A stretch of DNA of 64,000 nt from Thermodesulfobacteriota bacterium (GCA_963422265.1 OY729416.1:160001-224000), one strand, 5' to 3'. Counted from the stretch's first letter, positions 31,112 through 41,677 are shown. Numbers and translations are program-made. The notes: a model not told the origin generated them from the sequence alone.

Positions 31112-34100
31112 ATGGGAAACTTCATAACGAACAACGCAACCAAGAGCCTCAAAAGGCGTTTGGTTGAGCTTATTGAAAAAAGTGAAGAGTTAAAGTTTCT
31201 AGTAGGTTTTTTCTACTTTTCAGGTATTGAGGAACTTCACAATGGAATAAAATCAAAACCTGAAGCCGTAATGAAGGTTCTTGTCGGCTTAAACGTTGAC
31301 CATTCAAACTTTGGGTTGATTGAGTTTGCAGAGGATGGAAAAACATCGGATCAAGAGAAGATTGATAAGTTTTGTGAATCCGTTAAAAAATCCCTGGATA
31401 CGGACGATTTTGACGTTAGGGAATTTTACGAGCAGGTCAGATTTTTTATTGATCTGATTCGTGAAGACAGGTTAATAATTCGTAAAACCTTTAAGCCCAA
31501 CCATGCCAAACTATACATATTCAAGCTTGATCAAAGTCAGGTCGGCAGGCGTAGCCTCTTTGTAACCGGTAGCAGTAATCTGACAAGATCCGGACTTTCT
31601 ATGCAGGATGAATTCAACGTAGAAATTGGCGACTACGGCTTTGAAGACGCCGAGAGCTATTTCGATGATCTATGGGACAGGGCTGTCAAAATAACGGAAT
31701 ACGAAGATACTAAAAAGAAACTGATTAAAATTGTTGAACAAGAGACACTGGTTAAGGAGGTTACCCCATTTGAGGCGTTTTGTCTTGTGTTAAAGACCTA
31801 TTTAGATTCATTCAAACAAAAAGATATTGGCGGATTACTCATAGAGATATTAGAGAAAAATGGATATAAGGAGTATAGATATCAGCTTGACGCCGTAGAG
31901 CAAGCGCTAGCTATAATTGAAAGCAATAACGGCGTAATAGTAGCCGACGTCGTTGGTCTTGGTAAAAGCGTTGTTGCCTGCGCAATTGCTAAGCATCTGA
32001 AGAAACGCGGCGTAATTATATGTCCTCCCGGACTTATTGGGGATGCAAGCAGAGATAGTGGTTGGAAGAAATACGTTGAAGACTTTCGTCTTTACGAGTG
32101 GGAAGTTCGCTCGCTTGGCGATCTGGAAAACACTTTAGAATTTGTTAAAAAAGCCAAAGATATTGAAGTTGTCATCGTTGATGAGGCGCACCGTTTTAGA
32201 AATCAGGATACGAAGGGATATGAGCTTCTCAAAAATATCTGTCGTGAGAAGCAGGTTATATTACTAACGGCTACTCCATTTAACAATAGGCCAGGAGACA
32301 TTCTTTCACTTCTAAAACTTTTTATAAATCCTAAAAAATCTTCTATTACTTTAGACGGCAATCTGGTTAATCAATTTAGAGTATTTAAGGAGATTTTTGA
32401 TAGGATTGCCTACATAAAAAAACACTGCAATTCCCCTGACTCTTCTAAAAGAAAGAAAGCGGAAAACTACTATAAGTCTTTATTTGAAGAAGAAGCGGTG
32501 AATCTAAATAAAGTAGCGCGGCGCGCTCGTTATTTGTCAAAGCAAATTAGGGATGTAATTGAGCCTGTTACCATAAGGCGCAACCGCTTAGATTTGCGGA
32601 ATAACCCTCTTTATAAAAATGAAGTAGAAAAATTCTCGAAGGTGGCTGACCCTATAGAATGGTTTTTTGAACTGAGTAGTGAGCAGTCGGAGTTTTACTC
32701 AAGAATAATTGAACATTATTTTGGGGATCCGGAGGGTGGCAGGCGATTCAAAGGGGCGATTTATCGACCATTTGAATATGAGATAGACGTTGAAAAAGAT
32801 ATAGGCGAAGGTAATAACCGGCAATTACAGCAACAGCGCAACTTATTTGATTTTATGCGACGGTTGCTTGTAAAGCGTTTTGAGAGTTCCTTTGGTTCGT
32901 TTAAGCAGAGTATCAAAAACTTTAAGAAAATTACAGAGAGCTGTAAGAAATTCATTGATAAAACAGGTGAGTATATTCTTGACCGCGCCCTTTTGGAAAA
33001 AATCTATGAATTAGACCTTGAGGAGATTGAAGAACGCCTGCTTGATTATGAAGAAAAAATAAACAGGGACGAATATCCGAAAAATCATAAACGCTATAAG
33101 TTAAAGAATTTTAAGCGTAGGGATGAGTTTATATCTGATTTAGAGTCCGATCTTGACTTATTTGATGAAATTCTAAAAATGCTCTCAACGCTGGATTTAG
33201 TCCAAAGCGACCCCAAGATGTCTTGCCTAATACAGAATATAAAAAGAGAGCTAAAGAAAAAGCCGAAGGCAGGAGAACCAAAGCGGAAAATTATCATTTT
33301 CTCTGAATACGTTGATACGGTGCGTTATTTGAGTAAGGCGATTAAGGAGGAATTTGGAAGCAGGACGCTAGTAGTAGATGGACCCTTGTTTAATTCAGGG
33401 ATCAAGCAAATAAATGAAAACTTCGACGCGTCTTATCCTAAGCAAAAGGAAGATTATGATATCCTACTTAGCTCCGATAAAATTTCTGAGGGCTTTAATC
33501 TCAACCGTGCTGGTATGGTGATTAACTACGATATTCCATGGAATCCCGTCCGGGTCATCCAGAGATTGGGAAGAATTAATCGTATCAGCAAAAGAGTGTT
33601 TGATGAGCTTTTCATCATCAACTTTTTCCCAACCGAAAGAGGGGCTAAGCACGTGCGATCTCGTGAAATAGCTACCGATAAGATGCTTCTAATTCATGCC
33701 GCGCTTGGAGAAGATTCCAAGATTTTTGATATTGACGAGGAGCCTTCCCCATCTGGCTTGTTTAACAGAATTCAGCAAAATCCAGATAGTAGGGAAGAGG
33801 AAAGTTTCTATACTAAAGCTCTCAGAAGGTTTTTGAAGATTAAGGACAATCATCCAGAATTGATTAAAAATCTAGATGGCTATCCGCCACGAATTAAGGT
33901 AGCCAAAAAACATAGTGAAAATGAGCTTTTGGTTTTCTTTAAGAAGGTCCGCTTATACGTAACGGCTGCTAGTACCGACGTAGAAAACCTTAAACCGTAT
34001 TATATGGATTTTGAAGATGCGTTTGACAAGATTGTCTGCACGAACGATGAAGAAGGGATAGACTGGAATACGGATCAATTCTGGAGGGCTTATCAAAGGA

Positions 34101-34432
34101 TCAAGGAGTTTAAGGATTACTCTTCGAGATCAAATAGCGAGCAGAGTTTGGAGCAAAAAGCTCTAAACAATCTCGACTTTCTTGCCAGAAGTGATAAAGA
34201 AGAACTGATGCCTCTTAAAGACTTCCTACGCACTCTAAGGGATGATATTGCTTATTACGGCACGCTTTCAGATTATACTATGCGCCGAATAGCCAATTTC
34301 AAAGAGAATTCTAGTGAAGACGTTAAGAAGCTGATGGATGAGTTAGGCAAAGATTATTTGCTCAGAGAAAAAAGCCGTGAAAAAGCCCAGAAAAGAGAAG
34401 TCATTATAGCTATTGAGAATAAAAAAGCATGA
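31112..34432 (+). CDS. PLD-family nuclease domain fused to SNF2-like SF2 helicase
   Basis: VGFFYFSG, NHAKLYIF, GSSNLT, EFN (PLD); ADVVGLGKS, DEAH, TATP, SEGFNL, YDIPWNP, QRLGRINRI (helicase). Confidence 0.9.
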   Translation: MGNFITNNATKSLKRRLVELIEKSEELKFLVGFFYFSGIEELHNGIKSKPEAVMKVLVGLNVDHSNFGLIEFAEDGKTSDQEKIDKFCESVKKSLDTDDFDVREFYEQVRFFIDLIREDRLIIRKTFKPNHAKLYIFKLDQSQVGRRSLFVTGSSNLTRSGLSMQDEFNVEIGDYGFEDAESYFDDLWDRAVKITEYEDTKKKLIKIVEQETLVKEVTPFEAFCLVLKTYLDSFKQKDIGGLLIEILEKNGYKEYRYQLDAVEQALAIIESNNGVIVADVVGLGKSVVACAIAKHLKKRGVIICPPGLIGDASRDSGWKKYVEDFRLYEWEVRSLGDLENTLEFVKKAKDIEVVIVDEAHRFRNQDTKGYELLKNICREKQVILLTATPFNNRPGDILSLLKLFINPKKSSITLDGNLVNQFRVFKEIFDRIAYIKKHCNSPDSSKRKKAENYYKSLFEEEAVNLNKVARRARYLSKQIRDVIEPVTIRRNRLDLRNNPLYKNEVEKFSKVADPIEWFFELSSEQSEFYSRIIEHYFGDPEGGRRFKGAIYRPFEYEIDVEKDIGEGNNRQLQQQRNLFDFMRRLLVKRFESSFGSFKQSIKNFKKITESCKKFIDKTGEYILDRALLEKIYELDLEEIEERLLDYEEKINRDEYPKNHKRYKLKNFKRRDEFISDLESDLDLFDEILKMLSTLDLVQSDPKMSCLIQNIKRELKKKPKAGEPKRKIIIFSEYVDTVRYLSKAIKEEFGSRTLVVDGPLFNSGIKQINENFDASYPKQKEDYDILLSSDKISEGFNLNRAGMVINYDIPWNPVRVIQRLGRINRISKRVFDELFIINFFPTERGAKHVRSREIATDKMLLIHAALGEDSKIFDIDEEPSPSGLFNRIQQNPDSREEESFYTKALRRFLKIKDNHPELIKNLDGYPPRIKVAKKHSENELLVFFKKVRLYVTAASTDVENLKPYYMDFEDAFDKIVCTNDEEGIDWNTDQFWRAYQRIKEFKDYSSRSNSEQSLEQKALNNLDFLARSDKEELMPLKDFLRTLRDDIAYYGTLSDYTMRRIANFKENSSEDVKKLMDELGKDYLLREKSREKAQKREVIIAIENKKA

Positions 34433-37400
34433 GCGAAGCCTTACGACGTTTAGAGTCAATAATTCATGGTGATAGCTTCTCGGTCGAGGACTTCAATCTC
34501 TTTTTTCGGGAGAAAAGCAGGGACTACATACAACTAGATCAGCGTTGCTCTAACTATGAAGATGAGGAGTTCAAAGACATTGTTAAACTCGGCAAGATTA
34601 AATTTCCTGATGGAGATAGCCGCCTTATCTGCTTCTCTATAAAAGTCCTAAACAATCTCACCGAGCGCGCGGGCAAGAAGAAACAATATGAGAAAGCCAA
34701 AAGGATATTGAAATCAGATGAAGGTGGAATGAACTCAACTGGTATATTCATTTTTTACGATTCAGGCGGTAGCTTCCGATTTTCCCTTATTTATTCAGAA
34801 TCGTTTGGAACAAGAAATAAGTGGAGCAATTTTCGCCGATTTACGTATTTCGTTGACAAAAGCCTAACTAACAAAACCTTTAAGCATCAAATCGGTGAAG
34901 GCGATTTCTCAACTCTAGAGGCAATCAAAGACGCCTTCTCAGTTGAGAAGGTTACCAAGGAATTCTATCAAGCAATTGCTAACTGGTATTTCTGGGTGGT
35001 TGGACTATCTCAATTTCCCAAGGATGCGGAGGCGGAAGAGGGCGGGCGCAATATCTCTATTATTAGGCTTATAACGCGGATAATTTTCATCTGGTTTATG
35101 CGCGAGCGGGGATTGGTGTCCAAAGACTTATTTGATAAGACATCTATAAAACAGATTCTAAAACACTTTGATCCACTTGATTCAGAAGACTCTAATTACT
35201 ATAAAGCTATTCTACAGAATCTGTTTTTCGCTACGCTTAGTGCTAAAAAAGAAGAACGCAAGTTCAGAACAGAGCAACGAGGGTATAAAGGCTATAATCG
35301 TCACTTTGGCTATAAATACGTCTTCCGTTATCACGCGCTCTTCAAAAATCCTGATAAGATAAAAGACATATTTGATGATACTCCTTTCCTAAACGGCGGG
35401 CTTTTTGAGTGCTTGGATGATAGAAAGAAAGACGTTTTCATTGATGGTTTTACAGACGTTAAAAAACATCAGCCTACCGTGCCAAACCTGCTTTTCTTTA
35501 GTGATGAGAAGGCGGTAGATCTAAATAAGTTTTATGGCACGAAAAACAAAACTCACAAAGTGCGAGGGCTTCTTAATACCCTTTCCTCGTTTAATTTTAC
35601 TATAGATGAGAACACGCCGGATGATCAAGACGTTGCACTTGATCCAGAGCTACTAGGACGAGTCTTTGAAAATCTACTCGCCAGTTTTAACCCGCAGACC
35701 TCCACGACTGCCCGCAAAGCTACGGGAAGCTATTATACGCCTAGAAAAATTGTGGATTACATGGTTACCGAATCACTCAAGGCTTACTTAAAAACTAGTC
35801 TCGAGAATGAGGGTATAGAAGACGTAGATGGCAAACTTAAGAGTTTATTCATTGTGGACAACGAGGAAAATCCTTTTGACGAACGGCAATCAAGGAAGCT
35901 AGTTGATTTGATTGAAAGCGTCAGAATCGTTGATCCTGCCGTTGGTTCAGGCGCGTTTCCAATGGGAGTGCTTAATAAGCTGGTGTTTATTCTCAATAAG
36001 GTTGATCCGGATAACAAGTTATGGAAGTCGGCTCAACTCAAGGTGGTGGATGCTATATCTGATCCTAGCGCGAGGCGGAAAGCTAGGGAGAGCATAGAGA
36101 AGTTTTTTGAAGGGAAGAACGCCGATTATGGTAGAAAGTTGTATTTGATCCAACGGTGTATTTACGGTGTTGATATTCAGCAAATTGCGGTTGAGATTGC
36201 CAAACTCCGATTTTTTATATCTCTTCTGGTTGATGAAAGGATTGATAAGGATTCTTATAACCATGGCATAGAACCCTTGCCAAACCTAGATTTCAAGATT
36301 ATGCAGGGGAATAGCCTGATTGAACTTATTTCCTATACCATTACAAAAGACAGGGAAAGAGATGAAATAGTTAGAGAACTGAAAAAGCTGAAAGATGAAT
36401 TGTTTAGCATTGCCTTACCAGAAGCGAAGCGTAACAAGCGAGATGAAATAGAAAGATTGACTGAAAAACTCTTTGAACGGGATAGGAGTAAAAAGATAGA
36501 AGAATATGAACTAGAAATAAAGGCAATAGAGGCACAGGATGGGCTATTTGAGGATAGTGGAGCTAGAAGGAGACAGAAAGAGAATGAGAAAAAGATAAAT
36601 GAATACAAATTGAAAATTGAAAGGATTAGAAATCTACAAGTTCTGGGACCTGCAGATCACTTTGAATGGCATATCTACTTTTCTGAGGTCTTTCAAGAAA
36701 ACGAGGGGTTTGACATAGTAATAGGCAACCCGCCTTATGGCGTCAAAATCAGCCAGGCTAATCTGAAAGCTATCAAAGCAAATATTCGCGATACGAAAAA
36801 TACCAACAGCGCGGCACTGTTTGCTGACTATGCAAAAAACCGTTTCATTAACAAAGATGGAGTGGTGTCCCTGATTGTTCCCAAGTCTTTGTTGTTTTCA
36901 GAAAGATGGCTGGATTTGGCGTTTGGATTACTGCCTAAAACAGTAGTGCTGGTGGATGTTGAAAAGGCATTTGAGAGGGTCAAGCTGGAGCAGGTGGTAC
37001 TCATTTGGTCAGCCAAGTGTAATGACAACTTTTATATCGGGCGTAAGTTTCTCAACAATACTTTTATGCAAACGACCCAAATCAATAGAAAATATCCGAA
37101 AAAGTTTCAGGCGTGGATATGTTCTGTGTCAGAAGTGGAAATTGCTCTGGGCAGTAAGATCTCCAGCATTGGGACATTCCTCCGCAAGGTTTCAAAGACC
37201 AGCAGAGGTTTGGCAATACAGAAAGACCTTGCGCCGACCGGTGATATACCCGTGCTTGGAGGCAAAGAGATTAGGCGCTACGCCATCCGTGGCATAAAAG
37301 GCTATATCAGCCGTGAACATCTAGACATGAACAGCCGCAAGGTTCAGTTCTTGCTTCAGCCGAAAGTGATTTCTCAGAGACTTGTGGCTCATATTCAGAA

Positions 37401-37806
37401 TCCTCAGCTTCATGTCAAAATAATTTCTACGGTTGATAAAGTTGGCGATATATTGAGTGTTGATACGGTGGAAAACACGGTTATTACAGATGAAATTTTT
37501 AGTCCGGTTTTTATCTCGTCTCTTTTTAATTCAGTGCTCATAAACTGGTACGCTTACAGATTTATTTTTTGTTCCGCAATTAGAACTATGGATTTCGATA
37601 ATTACTATGTAGGCAAGATTCCTGTTCCCATTGTTATGACTGAACAGCAAGCACCGATCATCGCCCTGGCAACGGATATTCTCGCTGCCAAAGCCGCCGA
37701 CCCGAATGCGGACACTACCGCTTTGGAAGGGGAAGTTGATCGGCTGATCTATGGGTTATACGGACTGACGGAGGAGGAAATAGCGGTGGTAGAGAAACGC
37801 GAATGA
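34429..37806 (+). CDS. Eco57I/type IIG-like N6-adenine DNA methyltransferase with C-terminal TRD
   Basis: PFLNGGLF, ELLGRVFENLL, GSYYTP, DPAVGSGAF, GVDIQ, GNSL, GNPPY, TaqI_C-like tail ending YGLTEEEI; ATGA overlap with the helicase. Confidence 0.9.
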   Translation: MSEALRRLESIIHGDSFSVEDFNLFFREKSRDYIQLDQRCSNYEDEEFKDIVKLGKIKFPDGDSRLICFSIKVLNNLTERAGKKKQYEKAKRILKSDEGGMNSTGIFIFYDSGGSFRFSLIYSESFGTRNKWSNFRRFTYFVDKSLTNKTFKHQIGEGDFSTLEAIKDAFSVEKVTKEFYQAIANWYFWVVGLSQFPKDAEAEEGGRNISIIRLITRIIFIWFMRERGLVSKDLFDKTSIKQILKHFDPLDSEDSNYYKAILQNLFFATLSAKKEERKFRTEQRGYKGYNRHFGYKYVFRYHALFKNPDKIKDIFDDTPFLNGGLFECLDDRKKDVFIDGFTDVKKHQPTVPNLLFFSDEKAVDLNKFYGTKNKTHKVRGLLNTLSSFNFTIDENTPDDQDVALDPELLGRVFENLLASFNPQTSTTARKATGSYYTPRKIVDYMVTESLKAYLKTSLENEGIEDVDGKLKSLFIVDNEENPFDERQSRKLVDLIESVRIVDPAVGSGAFPMGVLNKLVFILNKVDPDNKLWKSAQLKVVDAISDPSARRKARESIEKFFEGKNADYGRKLYLIQRCIYGVDIQQIAVEIAKLRFFISLLVDERIDKDSYNHGIEPLPNLDFKIMQGNSLIELISYTITKDRERDEIVRELKKLKDELFSIALPEAKRNKRDEIERLTEKLFERDRSKKIEEYELEIKAIEAQDGLFEDSGARRRQKENEKKINEYKLKIERIRNLQVLGPADHFEWHIYFSEVFQENEGFDIVIGNPPYGVKISQANLKAIKANIRDTKNTNSAALFADYAKNRFINKDGVVSLIVPKSLLFSERWLDLAFGLLPKTVVLVDVEKAFERVKLEQVVLIWSAKCNDNFYIGRKFLNNTFMQTTQINRKYPKKFQAWICSVSEVEIALGSKISSIGTFLRKVSKTSRGLAIQKDLAPTGDIPVLGGKEIRRYAIRGIKGYISREHLDMNSRKVQFLLQPKVISQRLVAHIQNPQLHVKIISTVDKVGDILSVDTVENTVITDEIFSPVFISSLFNSVLINWYAYRFIFCSAIRTMDFDNYYVGKIPVPIVMTEQQAPIIALATDILAAKAADPNADTTALEGEVDRLIYGLYGLTEEEIAVVEKRE

Positions 37807-38786
37807 AATCCCCTTGTAAAGAACTACTTGACCGGGCGATAGCCACAACCGTTGCTGCCATCGATATTTACAATAAGCCGGACTTTCTTTATCGGGCGGA
37901 AACCTTTTCCATTCTGGCAATCAATGGTTGGGAACTGCTTCTGAAAGCGAAGTGGCTCAGTGAGCATGACGACAAAATTCGCTCTATTTATATGACGGAA
38001 CCCGCGAAGAAAGACGGGACAAAAAGCGAGCACAATCAATCGGAAATCAAACGCACTCGTTCGGGGAATCCGATTACGCACAGCTTATACTACCTCGCGA
38101 AAAAGCTTGTTGAACAGAAGCATTTGAGCCAAACGGCAATGGGTAATATAGAAGCATTGCTTGAATTGCGTAATTCTTCCGTTCATTTTTACAATCAATC
38201 CGACACAGCATTAGCGTCCCGACTTCAAGGAATAGGTGCCGCTAGTCTCAAAAACTTCGTTTTAGCCGTGAGAGGGTGGTTTGATCGTGACTTGAGCGAA
38301 TTTAATTTTTACCTGATGCCCCTGTCGTTCGTGTGTCTGCCTCAACAGATGGACGCCATTGTCTTCAAAGAAGAAGAGCAGAATTTCCTGAGATATCTGA
38401 AACAGCTTGAGGAGATGACAGATGAGGAAGATTCTGGATACGCTGTCACGCTCAACATTGACGTGAGGTTTACGCGTTCCAAGTCAAAGGACGTTCCCGA
38501 GGTTCGTCCTACGAAAAATCCTGATGCGCCCGAGGTTCGCCTGACGGAAGAACAGATTCGGGAACAATACCCTTGGGACTACGACAAACTGATAAAAGAG
38601 TGTGTTGAGCGATATGCAAATTTCAAGTGCAACCCCGAATTCCACGACATCAAAAGGAGGCTACTTGAAGAGGATAGGTTTTGCCATGTCCGCTACCTTA
38701 ACCCCTACAATAAAAAGAGTTCAAATAAGAAGTTCTATAAAGCCAACATCCTGCAGGAGTTAGATAAGCATTACTCGCGGAAATAA
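37803..38786 (+). CDS. DUF3644 domain protein (HEPN-like RNase)
   Basis: AAIDIYNKP.F.YR.ETFSILAINGWELLLKA; R-x4-H motif LRNSSVHF; ATGA overlap with the MTase. Confidence 0.8.
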   Translation: MKSPCKELLDRAIATTVAAIDIYNKPDFLYRAETFSILAINGWELLLKAKWLSEHDDKIRSIYMTEPAKKDGTKSEHNQSEIKRTRSGNPITHSLYYLAKKLVEQKHLSQTAMGNIEALLELRNSSVHFYNQSDTALASRLQGIGAASLKNFVLAVRGWFDRDLSEFNFYLMPLSFVCLPQQMDAIVFKEEEQNFLRYLKQLEEMTDEEDSGYAVTLNIDVRFTRSKSKDVPEVRPTKNPDAPEVRLTEEQIREQYPWDYDKLIKECVERYANFKCNPEFHDIKRRLLEEDRFCHVRYLNPYNKKSSNKKFYKANILQELDKHYSRK

Positions 38787-38928
38787 CTTGTCTGTGGGCG
38801 TCATATACTGAATGACAGCCAGCAGGTGCTGGCAAGCAAAAATCTCAGCGATTGAAAGAGCACATTGACGGATGATGAGATTCTGCAATGGACTTATCAC
38901 TTCCATTCAATTTAACAAGTTGCTCTCT

Positions 38929-38950
38929 CCTTCGACAAACTCAGGACAGC
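38929..38950. repeat. REP-like element (CCTTCGACAAACTCAGGACAGC)
   Basis: 16/20 identical to 43908-43927 inside phoH. Confidence 0.6.
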
Positions 38951-39102
38951 ACAACACAACTAGCTCACTGACCAATCAGGACACCGCTTCCTTGTTTTTC
39001 ATAAGGACATGCTTTTGAGTGGAAGAGGCAATATGTTGAACAAGTGTACATTCTCAAATTTCCATAGCGGAGCAAATACCTTTTATCCCTAAACCGTGTA
39101 TA

Positions 39103-39963
39103 ATGGAAAACCAATCAGAGATGAGCGCTAATAGAAAGAATTACTTTAAGATAATTTTGCTGGTTTTTTCCGCCTTAGGCGTTGTATTATCAATTTACTT
39201 AACCTATCTCCATTACGCTCAGCTTGCAGCTTTATTTTGTGAGGAAGGTTCTGGCTGTGACGTCGTTAGGCAGAGTGGCTATTCAATCCTTCTGGGCGTT
39301 CCCATTGCGGTTTTAGGAATAGTTGGCTACCTCTCCATTTTCATATTTACGATTATTTCCTTTCCTAAGGGTAAATCGTGGCTTTCGCTATACCTGGCAT
39401 CGCTTGCGGGATTTGTTTTTTCTGCGTATCTAACTTACCTTGAGGTTTTCGTCATAGATGCGATTTGCCTTTACTGTATAATCTCGGCGCTTATAATGAC
39501 GGTGATTTTCATTGCGGCACTTTTAGCGAAAGCCGAGCTTTATCCAAAATTGTCAATGCTCAAAACATCCGTTCTAAGTATAGTTGTCACTGTTGTCATA
39601 ATTACAGGCTCAATGGCTTTCCAGTCGGATCATACGATAAGAATTGACCCTGCAAGTATTAGCGCTAACAGCTTTCAACTGGGGCTGGCTAGGCATCTCG
39701 GCAAACAGCGAGCCGTGATGTATGGGTCGTTTAGGTGTGCTCATTGTATTCAACAAAAGGATCTTTTTGGGGATGCTTTTGTTTACGTCAAATACGTGGA
39801 ATGTCATCCAGATGGTCAAGATTCCAACCCATCTCTGTGTTTAGAAAAGGGAATAAGGAGTTACCCCACTTGGGAGATTAAAGGTAGATACTACAAGGGA
39901 ATTCAATCTTTAGAGAAGTTATCCGCTATATCTAGGTATATGGGGGAAGGGTATAGTGGCTAA
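39103..39963 (+). CDS. VKOR fused to a thioredoxin-like domain
   Basis: CEEGSGCD.V..S.YS loop cysteines, TM helices, CLYC; C-terminal MYGSFRCAHC, YVEC, YPTW. Confidence 0.9.
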   Translation: MENQSEMSANRKNYFKIILLVFSALGVVLSIYLTYLHYAQLAALFCEEGSGCDVVRQSGYSILLGVPIAVLGIVGYLSIFIFTIISFPKGKSWLSLYLASLAGFVFSAYLTYLEVFVIDAICLYCIISALIMTVIFIAALLAKAELYPKLSMLKTSVLSIVVTVVIITGSMAFQSDHTIRIDPASISANSFQLGLARHLGKQRAVMYGSFRCAHCIQQKDLFGDAFVYVKYVECHPDGQDSNPSLCLEKGIRSYPTWEIKGRYYKGIQSLEKLSAISRYMGEGYSG

Positions 39964-39994
39964 TTAACGAAGCCTTTCATTTTGCCTATGCTTG

Positions 39995-40684
39995 TTACTG
40001 TCTTCTACCGCATTCCTTGACAAATTCAGAGAATATTAGCCTAGATACCTCTGTATCTTCAAGTTCAGGGTGCCACTGAACTCCTAATACGAATGCTTTG
40101 CCTTCGGACTCAATTCCTTCAACTATACCGTCCTTTGTCTCCGCGCATAGTTTGAGTCCTTTTCCGATTTGCTTGACGGACTGGTGATGATAGCTTTTGG
40201 CTGAGAACCCATCAGCGCCTACGATTGTTGAAAGGAGGGTGTTTTTTAAGACGTTTATACGATGGGTCGCTCCGTTTTCATGGGGCAGCGCCTCTGGGAT
40301 ATAAGCCTTTATGTCTTGAAATAGGGATCCACCGAAGAAAACGTTGATTAGTTGCATACCACCGCAGATACCCATTACTGGAATGCTACTTTTTACCGCT
40401 AAGTTGAGTGCTGAAAACTCAAACTCCGTCCGCTCTAAGCTCATGGGTTTTAATCTAGGGTGAGGCTCCTCGTTGTAGAACTTAGGGTCCATATCCCTGG
40501 AGCCGGGAAGTAATAATCCGTCAATACTGCCTATGGTATCTGTAAGAAAATAAGAGTTTCCCGCCATTGATGGAATAAGGAATGGTATTCCTCCAGATTC
40601 CACTAAAGAGCGCGCGTAATTTTCCTCGATTGAGAAGCACCCGTCTTTTACATCTGTAGTAATTCCTATTATGGGTTTCTTCAC
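39995..40684 (-). CDS. Peptidase C26 / gamma-glutamyl-GABA hydrolase family glutamine amidotransferase
   Basis: KPIIGIT, GICGGMQ, SYHHQ, GVQWHPE. Confidence 0.9.
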   Translation of the reverse strand: MKKPIIGITTDVKDGCFSIEENYARSLVESGGIPFLIPSMAGNSYFLTDTIGSIDGLLLPGSRDMDPKFYNEEPHPRLKPMSLERTEFEFSALNLAVKSSIPVMGICGGMQLINVFFGGSLFQDIKAYIPEALPHENGATHRINVLKNTLLSTIVGADGFSAKSYHHQSVKQIGKGLKLCAETKDGIVEGIESEGKAFVLGVQWHPELEDTEVSRLIFSEFVKECGRRQ

Positions 40685-41532
40685 ATAACCATTTCTTCTA
40701 ATCTTCTGATCCTTTCCTCCATTGGTGGATGGGTGCTGAATAGTGAAGCGAGACCTTTTCCAGTAAGGGGGCTAGCTATAAGCATGTGAGACGTGCTATC
40801 TGCCACTTGCTCGCTTACCCTTAGGGGGACGCGTCCTGAATAAGCACCCAGCTTTCTAAGCGCATTGGCTAGATAAAAGGGGTGTCCGCATATCTCAGCC
40901 CCAACTTTATCAGCTCCGTATTCTCTCGTTCTGGAAATAGCCAGCCTAATCACCGTAGCTGCGATTGGCGCTACTATAGCCATTGCAATTAGCGCAAGTG
41001 GGCTTCCGCCCCTGTCTCTTCCTCCACCCCCTCCGAATATAGCGGCGAACTGAGCCATATAGGCAAGGTAAGTAATAGCCGTAGCGAGCGTTGCCGCAAT
41101 AGAACCAATTAGGATGTCTCTGTTTTTAATATGAGCTAGCTCGTGAGCGAGCACGCCCTTTAGCTCTTCACGGCTTAGGAGACTCAATATGCCCTGCGTG
41201 ACGGCGACCGCCGCGTGTTGGGGATCCCTTCCCGTAGCAAAGGCGTTTGGTTGCTCCTGTGGCGTTATATAAACCTTAGGCATTGGGAGTCCCGCCTTTT
41301 GCACAAGCTCCTGAACGTCTGAGTATAGCTCGGGAGAATCTTTATAAGTGACCTCTTTTCCCTTATATAGTGAGAGCACGATTTTATCGCTCCACCAGTA
41401 GCTTGTGAAGTTCATTACGAGTGCTATTACGAGCGCAATAGTGGCGCCACCCTGCCCGCCGAAGTACGCCCCAATAGCGAGCAATATCCCTGACATGCTC
41501 GCAAGCAAGATAAGGCTTTTAATGGTGTTCAT
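40681..41532 (-). CDS. htpX: Zinc metalloprotease HtpX
   Basis: PNAFATGR, HELAH, ISRTREY.AD, FSTHPP. Confidence 0.95.
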   Translation of the reverse strand: MNTIKSLILLASMSGILLAIGAYFGGQGGATIALVIALVMNFTSYWWSDKIVLSLYKGKEVTYKDSPELYSDVQELVQKAGLPMPKVYITPQEQPNAFATGRDPQHAAVAVTQGILSLLSREELKGVLAHELAHIKNRDILIGSIAATLATAITYLAYMAQFAAIFGGGGGRDRGGSPLALIAMAIVAPIAATVIRLAISRTREYGADKVGAEICGHPFYLANALRKLGAYSGRVPLRVSEQVADSTSHMLIASPLTGKGLASLFSTHPPMEERIRRLEEMVM

Positions 41533-41677
41533 CTTTTATTTCTCCTCTTAATACAAGTATATATGGAAATCAAATACATAATTGGTAAGCTAGTGTTGTT
41601 CACTGAATTATCTGGTGAGAATATAACGCTTTCGAGCCCAAAATTCAAGAGCCGTTCAGCGGCGCTTAGTGAATTGC

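Noticed and set aside
31112-37806. DISARM or BREX call
   Set aside because: No DrmA/DrmB (DUF1998), PglZ or BrxC genes are present
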